DNA from: an uncultured Candidatus Binatia bacterium
GTDB lineage: Bacteria; Desulfobacterota; Binatia; UBA9968; JAJDTQ01
Assembly: GCA_965213675.1 (NCBI GenBank)
Contig: OZ243916.1
Span: 832,001 to 896,000 of the forward strand
DNA: 64,000 nt
Reading direction: 5' to 3'
Notes under the pieces: model-generated
Database searches by the model: none
The model's input: the letters and a program-made list of their open reading frames with translations, nothing else
Told to the model about the DNA's origin: nothing
Position numbers and translations under genes: made by a program
Part shown: positions 55,272 through 64,000 of the stretch, in pieces
Layout: each line of letters starts with the position of its first letter
How positions within the stretch are numbered: position 1 is the stretch's first letter

Positions 55272-56422
55272 CAGGACCTCCTCTCCAGGATCATTGCCGC
55301 GGTGGTATTGAGATTGCGCGCGTAGGACAGCCAGCCGATGCCCGTGACCAGCGCCGTCTGGGCCGCCGAGACCTGCCGTTCGCCGGCTTCACCACGCAAC
55401 TGCCGCAACGCTTCCACCACGTGCAGCATGCCGCCGGCCAGCCCGGCCTGCCCTACCGAGATCTCGCCGCCGCCGGTATTCACGGGGAAATCGCCCTTGA
55501 AGGTCAGGTCGTGCTCGTCGACGAACGGGCCGCCCCGCCCTTTGGCGCAGTAGCCCAGATCCTCCAGTTGCATCATCACCGCGATGGGGTAGTCGTCATA
55601 GATCGCCAGAAGATCGATGTTGTCCCGGCTCATCTCCGAAAACAGGCGCTCGCCCACCACGCTCATGCCCGTGACGGTCTTGTCGGGCAGCATGTTCGAG
55701 GCCTGAAAGCCGATTTTCTCGGCGTCCGTCACCAGATATACCGGCTTGTCTGTAATCTGCCGGGCGCGCTCCTCGGAGGCCACCACCACGCACTCGCCGC
55801 CGGAACACGGCATCACGCAGTCGAACAACCGGATGGGATCGGAGATCAGGCGCGAGTTCAGATAGTCCTCGATGGTCATGGGCGTGCGCAGGAGCGCCTG
55901 GGGATTGGGGCCGGCGTTGAAGCGCTGGCTCACCGCAATCTTGCCGATCTGCTCCAGGGTGGTGCCGTACTCCTCCATGTGGCGGCGCTGCACCAGCGCG
56001 AACAGCGTGTTGGGTCCGCCGTAGCCGTACACGTCCACGTAGTTGGCGCGCTGGTACTCCAGCACCCGCTGATGGGACACGTTCTTGTCGAAGGCGTTGC
56101 CCGCAACGATGAAGGCCACGTCCAGGTAGCCCGCCTCGATGGCGTCCGCGGCGCGCCGGATGGCGCATACCGCGCCGGCGCCGCCGCAGTCGCCGTTGAG
56201 CACCCAGTCCAGTTCCAGGCCCAACTGCTCGGCCACGTAGGGCGAGTAGTCGGGGCTCGCCTGGGTCACCATGGAGAAGCCGTGGATCTCCTTCTTGGTG
56301 AGACCGGTCTGGGCCATGGCGTTCTGCATGGCCTCGGCATAGTACGACAGCAGCGGTCGGTCGGACTTGCGCGAGTATTCCGTCGAGCCGTAGCCGACGA
56401 GACATACCTTCCTTCTCAACAT
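55271..56422 (-). CDS. SCP2/Ltp2-type thiolase-fold protein
   Basis: VGYGST, RRHMEEYG, PIRLFDC, YDDYP and PVNTGGG. Confidence 0.88.
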   Translation of the reverse strand: MLRRKVCLVGYGSTEYSRKSDRPLLSYYAEAMQNAMAQTGLTKKEIHGFSMVTQASPDYSPYVAEQLGLELDWVLNGDCGGAGAVCAIRRAADAIEAGYLDVAFIVAGNAFDKNVSHQRVLEYQRANYVDVYGYGGPNTLFALVQRRHMEEYGTTLEQIGKIAVSQRFNAGPNPQALLRTPMTIEDYLNSRLISDPIRLFDCVMPCSGGECVVVASEERARQITDKPVYLVTDAEKIGFQASNMLPDKTVTGMSVVGERLFSEMSRDNIDLLAIYDDYPIAVMMQLEDLGYCAKGRGGPFVDEHDLTFKGDFPVNTGGGEISVGQAGLAGGMLHVVEALRQLRGEAGERQVSAAQTALVTGIGWLSYARNLNTTAAMILERRS

Positions 56423-56469
56423 GGGGGTTCCCCTTTCACCTCGCACGACTCCGGCAAGAGGTCCGGAGC

Positions 56470-57216
56470 TCAGATCATGAAGTCTCCGCCGTTGACCACC
56501 AGGGTTTGTCCCGTGATGTAGCCAGCCGCCTCGCTGGCAAGAAAGGCCACGGTGTTGGCGATGTCTTCCGGTTCGGCGATGCGGCCCAGGGGTGTTTGCG
56601 TGGCTCGTTCCCGCAGGGACTCTTCGGAGCGGTGCTGGCGCGGCATGGCGGTGTTGGCGGTCCCTGGGGCCACCGCGTTCACGGTGATGGCGTGGGGCGC
56701 CAGTTCACGGGCCAGCCCGCGCACGAAACCCAGGGTCGCGGCCTTGGACGCGGCGTAGTGGGAATGCCCCGCAGCGCCCTTGTAGGCGATGGACGAAGCC
56801 GTGCAGATGATGCGGCCGCTGCCCTGCCGTTTCATGGCCGGAACGAAAGCCCGGGCGCACAGGAACTGACCGCCCACGTTCACGTCCAGCACCCGATCCC
56901 ACTCCTCCTCGGGCATTTCCACCACCATGGAGCGCGGATACACGCCAGCGTTGGCGGCCAGGACATCCACGCGCGCCCAGCGGTCCAGGGTGCTCTTCCG
57001 CAAGGCGGCCACGGAAGCCTCGTCGGCCACGTTCACCCGCGCCGCCAGCGCCGCACCGCCCGCCGCCACGACCTCGGCGGCCACCGCCTCGACGGTGTCG
57101 GGGTTCATATCGGCCACCACCACCTTCGCGCCAGCCCGTGCCAGCGCCAACGCAATGGCCCGTCCCAGGCCCTGTCCACCGCCCGTCACCACGGCGACCT
57201 TGTCCGCAAGCGTCAT
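56470..57216 (-). CDS. Short-chain dehydrogenase/reductase (FabG-like)
   Basis: TGGGQGLG, NAG, YAASK, VNAVAPG and YITGQ. Confidence 0.93.
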   Translation of the reverse strand: MTLADKVAVVTGGGQGLGRAIALALARAGAKVVVADMNPDTVEAVAAEVVAAGGAALAARVNVADEASVAALRKSTLDRWARVDVLAANAGVYPRSMVVEMPEEEWDRVLDVNVGGQFLCARAFVPAMKRQGSGRIICTASSIAYKGAAGHSHYAASKAATLGFVRGLARELAPHAITVNAVAPGTANTAMPRQHRSEESLRERATQTPLGRIAEPEDIANTVAFLASEAAGYITGQTLVVNGGDFMI

Positions 57217-57234
57217 GATCCGTTCCCCTCGCTG

Positions 57235-57399
57235 CTAGTGTGGTGTCTGGTTAATTCGCGTCATAATCTGCGGAGGATATTTTGTTGTCGGCAAGGCGCG
57301 ATGACGAGCAGTGGCGGGTACCACGTGAGGAAGAGCAACGCAGCCGACGACGAAAAAGACCCGCAAATTATGACGCGAATTAACCAGACACCACACTAA
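57235..57399 (+). mobile_element. 165-bp ERIC-like/MITE element (family B), copy 3
   Basis: 32-bp perfect arms TAGTGTGGTGTCTGGTTAATTCGCGTCATAAT and its reverse complement. Core GGCAAGGCGCGATGACGAGCAGTGG...GAGCAACGCAGCCGACG. Confidence 0.85.
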
Positions 57400-57737
57400 C
57401 ACCGTGATTAGCCCGCCCCGGAAGGCTTGTCAAACCAAGCGGAGGGCCGGCGCGACCCCGGCGGGACATGGCTCCTGGCCGAATGAGGGCCATTTTCGCC
57501 GGATGCCCACCGTTACCCTGCCAAGCTTGGCAACCGCGGCCCGATGGCCTATACCGGTTGCCCAAATGACCTCGTTCCCATCGAGGAACCACGAAGGGAA
57601 CCGAGCCGGAGAATGCGGCTCATCCGGCGCTTCCGCGGCCATCGAGAAGGCTTGGCCTGATGGCGCGGCGGCGCCACCGGCCAGACGACGGCGTTCACGC
57701 GGCGGCATACGCGAAACGAGATCCACGAGGTATTCCC

Positions 57738-58679
57738 ATGGCAGACGGCCACATCCCCTGCGGCATCGAGATCCCCCAAGTGTTCATCGGCGGACCCGTG
57801 GACACGGACCACATCAAGAAATTCGTGACCCGCGCCGAGGAGCTGGATTACGATAGCCTGTGGACCCAGGAACGCATTCTCAGCAACTTCTCCATGCTGG
57901 AGCCGGTCACGTTGATGACTTACGTGGCCGCGGTCACCTCCCGCCTGAAGATCGGCGCCTCGGTGCTGCTCACGGTGCTGCGCAATCCGTTGCAGCTTGC
58001 CAAGAGCCTCGCCAGCCTGGATCAGTTGAGCGGCGGACGGATCGTTCCCGGCATCGGCTTGGGAGGCATTCGCGGACGCATGTGGCCCGAGCCCGAAACC
58101 GTGTTCGGCTACCCTTCCGAGCACCGCGTCACCCGTTTCGTGGAAGGCATCAAGATCATGCAGGCGCTGTGGAGCCAGGAACGGGTCAGCTTCGAGGGAC
58201 GCTTCTGGAACTTCACCGACGTGGCCATGGAACCCAAGCCCCTGCAACGGCCCTTCCCGCTCTGGTTCGGCGGCCACGCCGAGCCGGCGCTGCGCCGCGC
58301 CGTCACCTTCGGCGCCGGCTGGATGGGCGCGGGCTCCTCCGGCACCGACCGCTTCATCAAGGAGCACGAGCGCATCGTGCGCCTGCTGGACGAAGCCAAA
58401 CGGGACCCGGCCACCTTCACCATCTCCAAGCGCGTCTACCTCGCGGTGGACGACGACCGCGACCGCGCTGAGCGGCGCCTGCGCGAGTTCTTTGCCGTGC
58501 GCTACCGCAACGCCGACATGGCGTCCCAGGTGTGCGTGTGGGGCGGACGCCAGGAGGTCATCGACAAGCTCAACCAAGTGGTGGGCCACGGCGCGCAGCA
58601 CCTGCTCCTCAACCCCGCCTTCGATGAGACGGAACACCTGGAGTTGCTCGCCGAGGACGTGGCGCCCCATCTCGGCTGA
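57738..58679 (+). CDS. LLM-class flavin-dependent oxidoreductase
   Basis: AEELDYDSLW, AAVTSRLKIG, LAKSLASLDQLSGGR, PKPLQ.P.PLWFGG and GWMG. Confidence 0.9.
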   Translation: MADGHIPCGIEIPQVFIGGPVDTDHIKKFVTRAEELDYDSLWTQERILSNFSMLEPVTLMTYVAAVTSRLKIGASVLLTVLRNPLQLAKSLASLDQLSGGRIVPGIGLGGIRGRMWPEPETVFGYPSEHRVTRFVEGIKIMQALWSQERVSFEGRFWNFTDVAMEPKPLQRPFPLWFGGHAEPALRRAVTFGAGWMGAGSSGTDRFIKEHERIVRLLDEAKRDPATFTISKRVYLAVDDDRDRAERRLREFFAVRYRNADMASQVCVWGGRQEVIDKLNQVVGHGAQHLLLNPAFDETEHLELLAEDVAPHLG

Positions 58680-58700
58680 CGGCGCATACCGTATCCCTGC

Positions 58701-58776
58701 TGCCGAAATCTCTTGCGCAGGAATTCAAGCCGCCGGCCAGGCGCGATGACGTGTCAGGGGGACCGGCAGTCGCCCC
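58701..58776 (+). repeat. Truncated family-B element followed by a REP-like hairpin
   Basis: GCGCAGGAATTC.....CGGCCAGGCGCGATGACG (58715-58751) matches the left part of the core at 23028-23064, then GGGGGACCGGCAGTCGCCCC. Confidence 0.55.
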
Positions 58777-58808
58777 ATGGGCAGGTCCCGCAAAGCAGGG
58801 ACACGACA

Positions 58809-60020
58809 CTACCTCTCCGGCAACTCATCCACACGCGCCAGCGGCCTTCCCCACACGGTCCACAAACCGAATGCCAAAGGCGCCGCTGCCAGACTCATGA
58901 ACACCGGGAAGAAGCCGACGGCGTCCAGGCCCGCGGTGACGACCATGGGCCCCAGAAACAGTCCCACGTCCCCCACGGCCCGGTGCAGCGCCATGGCCTG
59001 TCCGCGCATGGCTGACGGGAACAGCGACAGGATCCCCACCTGGCCCGCGAGATTCACCATGCCGGCCCCGGCGCCCAGCGCCGTGTGCACCACCAGGAGC
59101 GACCAGAAGTCCGTGGTCCATGGCACCAGCACAAAGCCGGCGGCCGAAATGAAGAAGCCAGCGGCCAGACACGCGTCGACACCCGAGCGATCAGTCCAGA
59201 GTCCGCCGAAGAACCGCCCGTTGACGTTGCCGAGCTGGCTGATGCCGCGCATTACGCCGTAGGAACTGAGCGACAGGCCCAGGGACTCGGTGGCGTAGAA
59301 CGCCAGCGCCAGGGCGCGCGCCGGCTGGTAGAACAGGGAGAAGAAACTCGCGGCGCACAGTAACCCCGCGCCGGGGGTACGCAGAATGTCGCGAATCACG
59401 CGCCCGTGCAGCGACTTTTGGCCTTCGGGTTTCCTCTCGCGCGGGTTGAGCCGAAGGAGAAGCAGCGGCAGCCACAAAACGGTCCCCGCCCCCAGAGCAA
59501 ACAGCATACGGTAGCCCAGATGTTCTGAGATGAATCCGCCGAGCGTAATGCCCACCATGGGGCCGGAGGCAAGAAAGAGGCTCAGGATTCCCAGGGCGCG
59601 ACCGCGCCGGCCCACCTGCGCTTCCTCGAACACGATCTGCCGCAGTGCGATCTGCACCCACGCCACGCCGGCGCCGATGAAGAAGAATGCCGTGGTGACC
59701 GGGTAGGCTCCGGGAAACAGTGCGCACGCCAGTAGCGCCAGGCCAGTGAAGGCGACTCCCAGCGCCAGCAGCATCTGCGGGCGAATCCCCCGCCCCGCCA
59801 CCACGATGGCCGCCGCATCGAAGGCGAACCGGCCAATGGCCCGGATCCCCAGGGGCAGGCCGCTGAGGAAGTACGAAGAACCCAGGCTCTTCATATGGAG
59901 CGGCACATAAGTCACCGCGGCGCTCATGGAACTGGAGACACAGGCGCCCGCCAGATAGTTGAGCCGCCTGGCCCAACGCTCACTGCTGCGGGGGTCCATG
60001 GTTTCCGGATGCGGGGGCAT
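58809..60020 (-). CDS. MFS transporter
   Basis: About 12 hydrophobic segments, RGRALG, GGLWTDRSG (motif A-like) and RGQAMA. Confidence 0.88.
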   Translation of the reverse strand: MPPHPETMDPRSSERWARRLNYLAGACVSSSMSAAVTYVPLHMKSLGSSYFLSGLPLGIRAIGRFAFDAAAIVVAGRGIRPQMLLALGVAFTGLALLACALFPGAYPVTTAFFFIGAGVAWVQIALRQIVFEEAQVGRRGRALGILSLFLASGPMVGITLGGFISEHLGYRMLFALGAGTVLWLPLLLLRLNPRERKPEGQKSLHGRVIRDILRTPGAGLLCAASFFSLFYQPARALALAFYATESLGLSLSSYGVMRGISQLGNVNGRFFGGLWTDRSGVDACLAAGFFISAAGFVLVPWTTDFWSLLVVHTALGAGAGMVNLAGQVGILSLFPSAMRGQAMALHRAVGDVGLFLGPMVVTAGLDAVGFFPVFMSLAAAPLAFGLWTVWGRPLARVDELPER

Positions 60021-60061
60021 GAATACCAAAGTCTCCGGAAAACGCCGACGCCGGCTCAGCG

Positions 60062-60475
60062 TTACAGAAACAGTTCCCGGACGGACGCGGGAATGGCAAC
60101 CGCGCGCATGGACCGGGGTTGCGCGCCGGCCAGCGCCGCCCACGCGCGCGTCTCATGGCCCTCCACCGCAGGCTCGCCCTCGCAATCGATGCGGTGCTGC
60201 ACCACGAACACTTTCTCGCGCCAGGACTCCACCCAACTCTCCATACGTATTCGCTCGCCGTGCCGGCAGGGACGCAGATATGTGGCGCCGGTTTCCAAAA
60301 GGGGCAGGCCGATGATGCCGTAGTGCTCCTCCATGGCGCGGTAGGTCAGGCCCGCGGAGGCGAACAGCCGTTCCGTGGCGCGGTCGAACCACTTGTAGAA
60401 GTTGGGGTAGAACACGATGCGGGCGGAGTCGCAGTCGGCGAACTCCACCCGGCGATCGGATACAAAGCGTTTCAA
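60062..60475 (-). CDS. 4-hydroxybenzoyl-CoA-type acyl-CoA thioesterase
   Basis: VEFADCDSARIVFYPNFYKWFD. TTG start after GGAGG. Confidence 0.88.
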   Translation of the reverse strand: MKRFVSDRRVEFADCDSARIVFYPNFYKWFDRATERLFASAGLTYRAMEEHYGIIGLPLLETGATYLRPCRHGERIRMESWVESWREKVFVVQHRIDCEGEPAVEGHETRAWAALAGAQPRSMRAVAIPASVRELFL

Positions 60476-60591
60476 GGACCCGCCTCCGTTCCGGCGCGGA
60501 TGCGCCGTCTTCAGGCCGCTCGCCGAAAAGCTACCTTCAGTTCCGTCACGTGATGGTGTAAATTGGCCGGTCAAGGAACCGGACGCCATTC

Positions 60592-62199
60592 ATGCGCAGT
60601 CTTTTCATCGCGTTGACGGTCATTATTATAGTTGTCGCCGCAATGCTAGGTTGGGCGCTCTACAATATCGACACGGTCGTCAACTGGAACAAGGACCGGA
60701 TCATGGCCGCGGCCTCGCGGCGCATCGGCCGCAGCGTCCAATTCGATCGCGTGCATGTCCATCTGCGAGGCGGAACCCGGGTCCGCATCCTGGGGCTCGC
60801 CGTTTCCGAGGGCCCATCCGCGGGCTCCGAACGCTTGCTCGAGGCTCCGGAAGTCCGGGTGGGTCTCCAGCTTCGTTTTCTGCGTCCTCGAATCACGGTG
60901 ACCCGCGTCGAGGCGGCCGGCGCTGTCCTCCACTACCGCGACGGCCGCCGGCACCTGCGGCTGCAGGATCTCGAATGGCACGCCGACGCCCACGGTGACG
61001 GCGCCCGCCTGCGCTCGCTTCGCTTCCGCCTGGGCCAGGCCGAATTTTCCGGCAACGGAGTGATCGAGAGCTTCACGCCGCTGATCGTCACCTGCGACCT
61101 GCGCGCGCCGCAACTGCGCATGGCCGACATCCAGGTCCGACCCGCGGACGGTGTGCTGGAAGAGGTTCATGCCTCCGGGCGCCTCGTCTGGAAGCAGGAC
61201 CCGGCGGGTGGCGGAACCCTGACCGCGTCCCGTGGCAAACTCATGGGAGTCGACTTCAGTGATCTCGCGGCCACCGTCGGCGTGGCCCGGCCGTGGTTCG
61301 CATTGGAGTCCCTTCGTCTCAAGGCGCTCGACGGCACGCTGGAAGCCAATGGACGCATGCAGGTCCGGGACGCGCCGTTCCCGTTCGAGGCCGAGTTGCG
61401 CGTACGCGGCCTCGACGCCGGCGCTTACCTCAACGGCGCCGGCGCCCTCCCCCCCACCGAAGGGACCCTGAAAGTCGACGTGCGCGTCGCCGGTCAAGGG
61501 CGCACCTGGAACGCCATCAAGCCCACGCTCACGGGAACCGGCAAGGCCGCGGTTCTTGAAGGCCGGGTGCGGGAGTTCAATCTGGCCGAGGAGGTCCTCG
61601 AAGGCGTCACCGGCATCCAGGGCTTGACCGGGCTCTTCAGCCGCCGCCTCAGGGACCGCTATCCGCACATCTTTCAGCGCGGCACCACCGTCCTGGAGCG
61701 GCTGGACGGAGAGTTCGAGGCCAAGGGCGGCAAGGTGCTCATCAAGGGCGTCACCTTGAAGGCCAAGGACTACGGCCTCACCGGCTCGGGCTCGGTGGCG
61801 CTTGACGGCGCCACCGATGTCCACGGCGTCCTGACCCTCTCCCCGCGGTTGTCCACCGACCTGGTGCCGCCTTCACGGCTCGACTCCATGGCCAACGACC
61901 GCGGCGAAGTGGAACTGCCCTTTGCCGTCAACGGCACGGCGCCGAACGTGCGCGTGAAACCCAAGCGCCAGCTCGTGACGCGTTTGCTCGAAGGACGCGT
62001 CGGCGCGCGCCTGGGGAAACTGCTGGACCTTTTCTCCGGGCCGGAGACCCCCCAAGAAGCGGAAGAACCCCGTGCCACACAGGAAAGCCCCGAGGCATCG
62101 GAGAAGAAACCGGAATCAGCGCGCGAGACCCAAGAGGCCGGCAAACGGCTGCAACAGCTCATCGACCGCGGACTCAGGATCTTCCGCAACAACGATTGA
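60592..62199 (+). CDS. AsmA-family protein
   Basis: N-terminal TM followed by a long repetitive beta-rich region and a C-terminal LPFAVNGT..P motif. Confidence 0.75.
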   Translation: MRSLFIALTVIIIVVAAMLGWALYNIDTVVNWNKDRIMAAASRRIGRSVQFDRVHVHLRGGTRVRILGLAVSEGPSAGSERLLEAPEVRVGLQLRFLRPRITVTRVEAAGAVLHYRDGRRHLRLQDLEWHADAHGDGARLRSLRFRLGQAEFSGNGVIESFTPLIVTCDLRAPQLRMADIQVRPADGVLEEVHASGRLVWKQDPAGGGTLTASRGKLMGVDFSDLAATVGVARPWFALESLRLKALDGTLEANGRMQVRDAPFPFEAELRVRGLDAGAYLNGAGALPPTEGTLKVDVRVAGQGRTWNAIKPTLTGTGKAAVLEGRVREFNLAEEVLEGVTGIQGLTGLFSRRLRDRYPHIFQRGTTVLERLDGEFEAKGGKVLIKGVTLKAKDYGLTGSGSVALDGATDVHGVLTLSPRLSTDLVPPSRLDSMANDRGEVELPFAVNGTAPNVRVKPKRQLVTRLLEGRVGARLGKLLDLFSGPETPQEAEEPRATQESPEASEKKPESARETQEAGKRLQQLIDRGLRIFRNND

Positions 62200-62278
62200 A
62201 CCGGGGAGCCCGCCGGGTTCATCGAGCGCAACGCCCTCCGGGAAGACCACCCGGGCCCGCGCGGCAGGAAAGCACCCG

Positions 62279-64000
62279 ATGTGGGACAAGGCAGTCAGGC
62301 AGCCGCCAACCAGCATCGAACAGATCCAGGGCTTCGTGGAGCGGGTCACCTTCCATGGCGAGGACAGCGGCTTCTGCGTCCTCCAGGTGAAGGCCCGCGG
62401 CCAGCGGGACCTGGTGACGGTGGTGGGCAGCGCGGGCGCGGTGAACGCGGGCGAGGAGATCGATTGCCAGGGGGGCTGGGTGAACGACGCCACCTATGGC
62501 CTCCAGTTCCGCGCGGCGACCCTGAGAGTCATCCCTCCGACCACCCTCGAAGGCGTTGAAAAGTACCTGGGGTCCGGACTGATCAAGGGCATTGGCCCGC
62601 ATTTCGCCCACCAACTCGTCAAGGCCTTCGGCGGCGGAGTGTTCGACGTCATCGAGCGGGAACCGGAACTTCTGCGCACGCTGGAAGGCATCGGCGCCAA
62701 GCGTCAGGAACGCGTCGTCGAGGCGTGGCGCGAGCAGAAGGCCATCCGGGAGATCATGGTCTTCCTCCACTCCCACGGCATCGGCAACGCGCGCGCGGCA
62801 CGCATCTACCGGGTCTACGGCGACGACGCCATCGAGCGCATCCGCGAGAACCCCTACCGGCTGGCTCTGGACATCCACGGCATCGGCTTCCTCACGGCGG
62901 ACGTGATCGCGCGCAAGCTGGGCATTCCGCCGGATTCGATGATCCGCGTGCGCGCGGCCCTGCGCCACGTGCTGTGGGAGATGTCGGCCGAAGGCCATTG
63001 CGCGGCCGCGCGGCCGGACCTGATGGAGCGCACGGTGGAGCTTCTCGAAGTGACGCCCGCGCGGGTGGAGCAGGCCATCGGCCTGGAGGTGGCGGCCGAG
63101 AACCTCGTGGGGGAAACGGTGGGCGGCGAACCGGCGCTCTTCCTCACTCCGCTTTATCGCGCCGAGACCGGCGTGGCCAGCCATGTGCAGCGGCTTATGC
63201 GCGGCGGCCCCCCGCCCTGGGGCAAGGTGGATGCCGCGCGGGCGATTCCCTGGGTGGAGCGGAGCACGGGCTTGAGGCTATCGGAGTCCCAGCGCCGGGC
63301 AGTGGCAACCGTGCTCCACAGCAAGGTGACGGTGCTGACCGGCGGGCCGGGGGTGGGCAAGACGACCATCGTCGACAGCATCCTCAAGCTCGTGGAGGCG
63401 CGGCGCGCCCAGGTGCTGCTGTGCGCCCCCACCGGGCGCGCGGCCAAGCGCCTGTCGGAGTCCGCCGGGGGCGAAGCGCGGACCATTCACCGCCTGCTGG
63501 AGTTCGATCCCCGGCAGATGGGCTTTCGCAAGGATGAGACCGATCCCCTGGACGTGGACCTGCTGGTGGTGGACGAAGCCTCCATGGTGGACGTACTGCT
63601 GATGAACCAGCTTCTCAAGGCGGTGCCCACCCACGCCGCGGTGCTGTTCGTGGGGGACGTGGATCAGCTCCCCTCGGTGGGGCCGGGCGCGGTGCTGCAG
63701 GACATCATCGAGTCCGGACAAGTGCCCACGGTGCGCCTCACCGAAATCTTCCGCCAGGCCGCGTCCTCGAGCATCGTGGTCAACGCGCATCGCATCAACG
63801 ACGGCAGCCCCATCGAGACTCCGGACGCGAGCGGGGCGCTGCAGGACTTCTACTTCATTCCGGCGGAGTCCCCGGAGGAGATCCACGACAAGCTCTTCCA
63901 GGTCGTGACTGAGCGCATTCCCAAGCGCTTCGGTCTGAGCCCCATCCGGGACATCCAGGTGCTGACCCCCATGAACCGCGGCAGCCTGGGCACCCGTTCG
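62279..64000 (+). CDS. recD2: ATP-dependent RecD2-like DNA helicase (3' partial)
   Basis: Read manually: MWDKAVRQ...VERVTFH..SGFCVL, YLGSGLIKGIG (HhH), ENPYRL..GIGF, GGPGVGKTT, APTGRAAKR, DEASM, GDVDQLPSVG, FRQA. Absent from the ORF track because it has no stop in the window. Confidence 0.93.
   Translation, partial: MWDKAVRQPPTSIEQIQGFVERVTFHGEDSGFCVLQVKARGQRDLVTVVGSAGAVNAGEEIDCQGGWVNDATYGLQFRAATLRVIPPTTLEGVEKYLGSGLIKGIGPHFAHQLVKAFGGGVFDVIEREPELLRTLEGIGAKRQERVVEAWREQKAIREIMVFLHSHGIGNARAARIYRVYGDDAIERIRENPYRLALDIHGIGFLTADVIARKLGIPPDSMIRVRAALRHVLWEMSAEGHCAAARPDLMERTVELLEVTPARVEQAIGLEVAAENLVGETVGGEPALFLTPLYRAETGVASHVQRLMRGGPPPWGKVDAARAIPWVERSTGLRLSESQRRAVATVLHSKVTVLTGGPGVGKTTIVDSILKLVEARRAQVLLCAPTGRAAKRLSESAGGEARTIHRLLEFDPRQMGFRKDETDPLDVDLLVVDEASMVDVLLMNQLLKAVPTHAAVLFVGDVDQLPSVGPGAVLQDIIESGQVPTVRLTEIFRQAASSSIVVNAHRINDGSPIETPDASGALQDFYFIPAESPEEIHDKLFQVVTERIPKRFGLSPIRDIQVLTPMNRGSLGTRS

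Noticed and set aside
62279-64000. Helicase as a conjugative TraA or mobile-element marker
   Set aside because: It has the chromosomal RecD2 N-terminus with HhH motifs and no relaxase domain.

Overview
GC-rich bacterial chromosomal segment with about 56 genes, mostly catabolic, transport and housekeeping, plus one tRNA-Arg(CCG). The first ORF (Cache-autotransporter) and the last (RecD2) run off the window ends. The TctC/TctAB, LLM, FIST, UbiD and amidohydrolase content suggests an uncultured Binatota/Deltaproteobacteria-like organism, possibly host-associated; this is inference only. I found no integrase, transposase, CRISPR array or recognisable defence system. Points of most interest: (1) a co-oriented cluster of VOC protein, 3-hydroxyanthranilate-dioxygenase-like cupin, ferritin-like diiron protein, amidohydrolase, 69-aa protein and UbiD, a possible undescribed aromatic/N-heterocycle pathway; (2) a two-gene cobalt-type nitrile/thiocyanate hydratase whose alpha subunit seems to carry beta-N-domain elements, followed by a cysteine hydrolase; (3) a tripartite-tricarboxylate-transporter catabolic island with twin flavoproteins and an Fe-S hydro-lyase with altered substrate motifs; (4) several small non-autonomous repeat families, including three 165-bp ERIC-like elements with a conserved core but copy-specific paired arms, and a REP-containing palindrome inserted in frame in a CoA-transferase gene. 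All calls come from reading motifs by eye; no database searches were run. Several start codons were trimmed from the ORF track using RBS and family N-termini.
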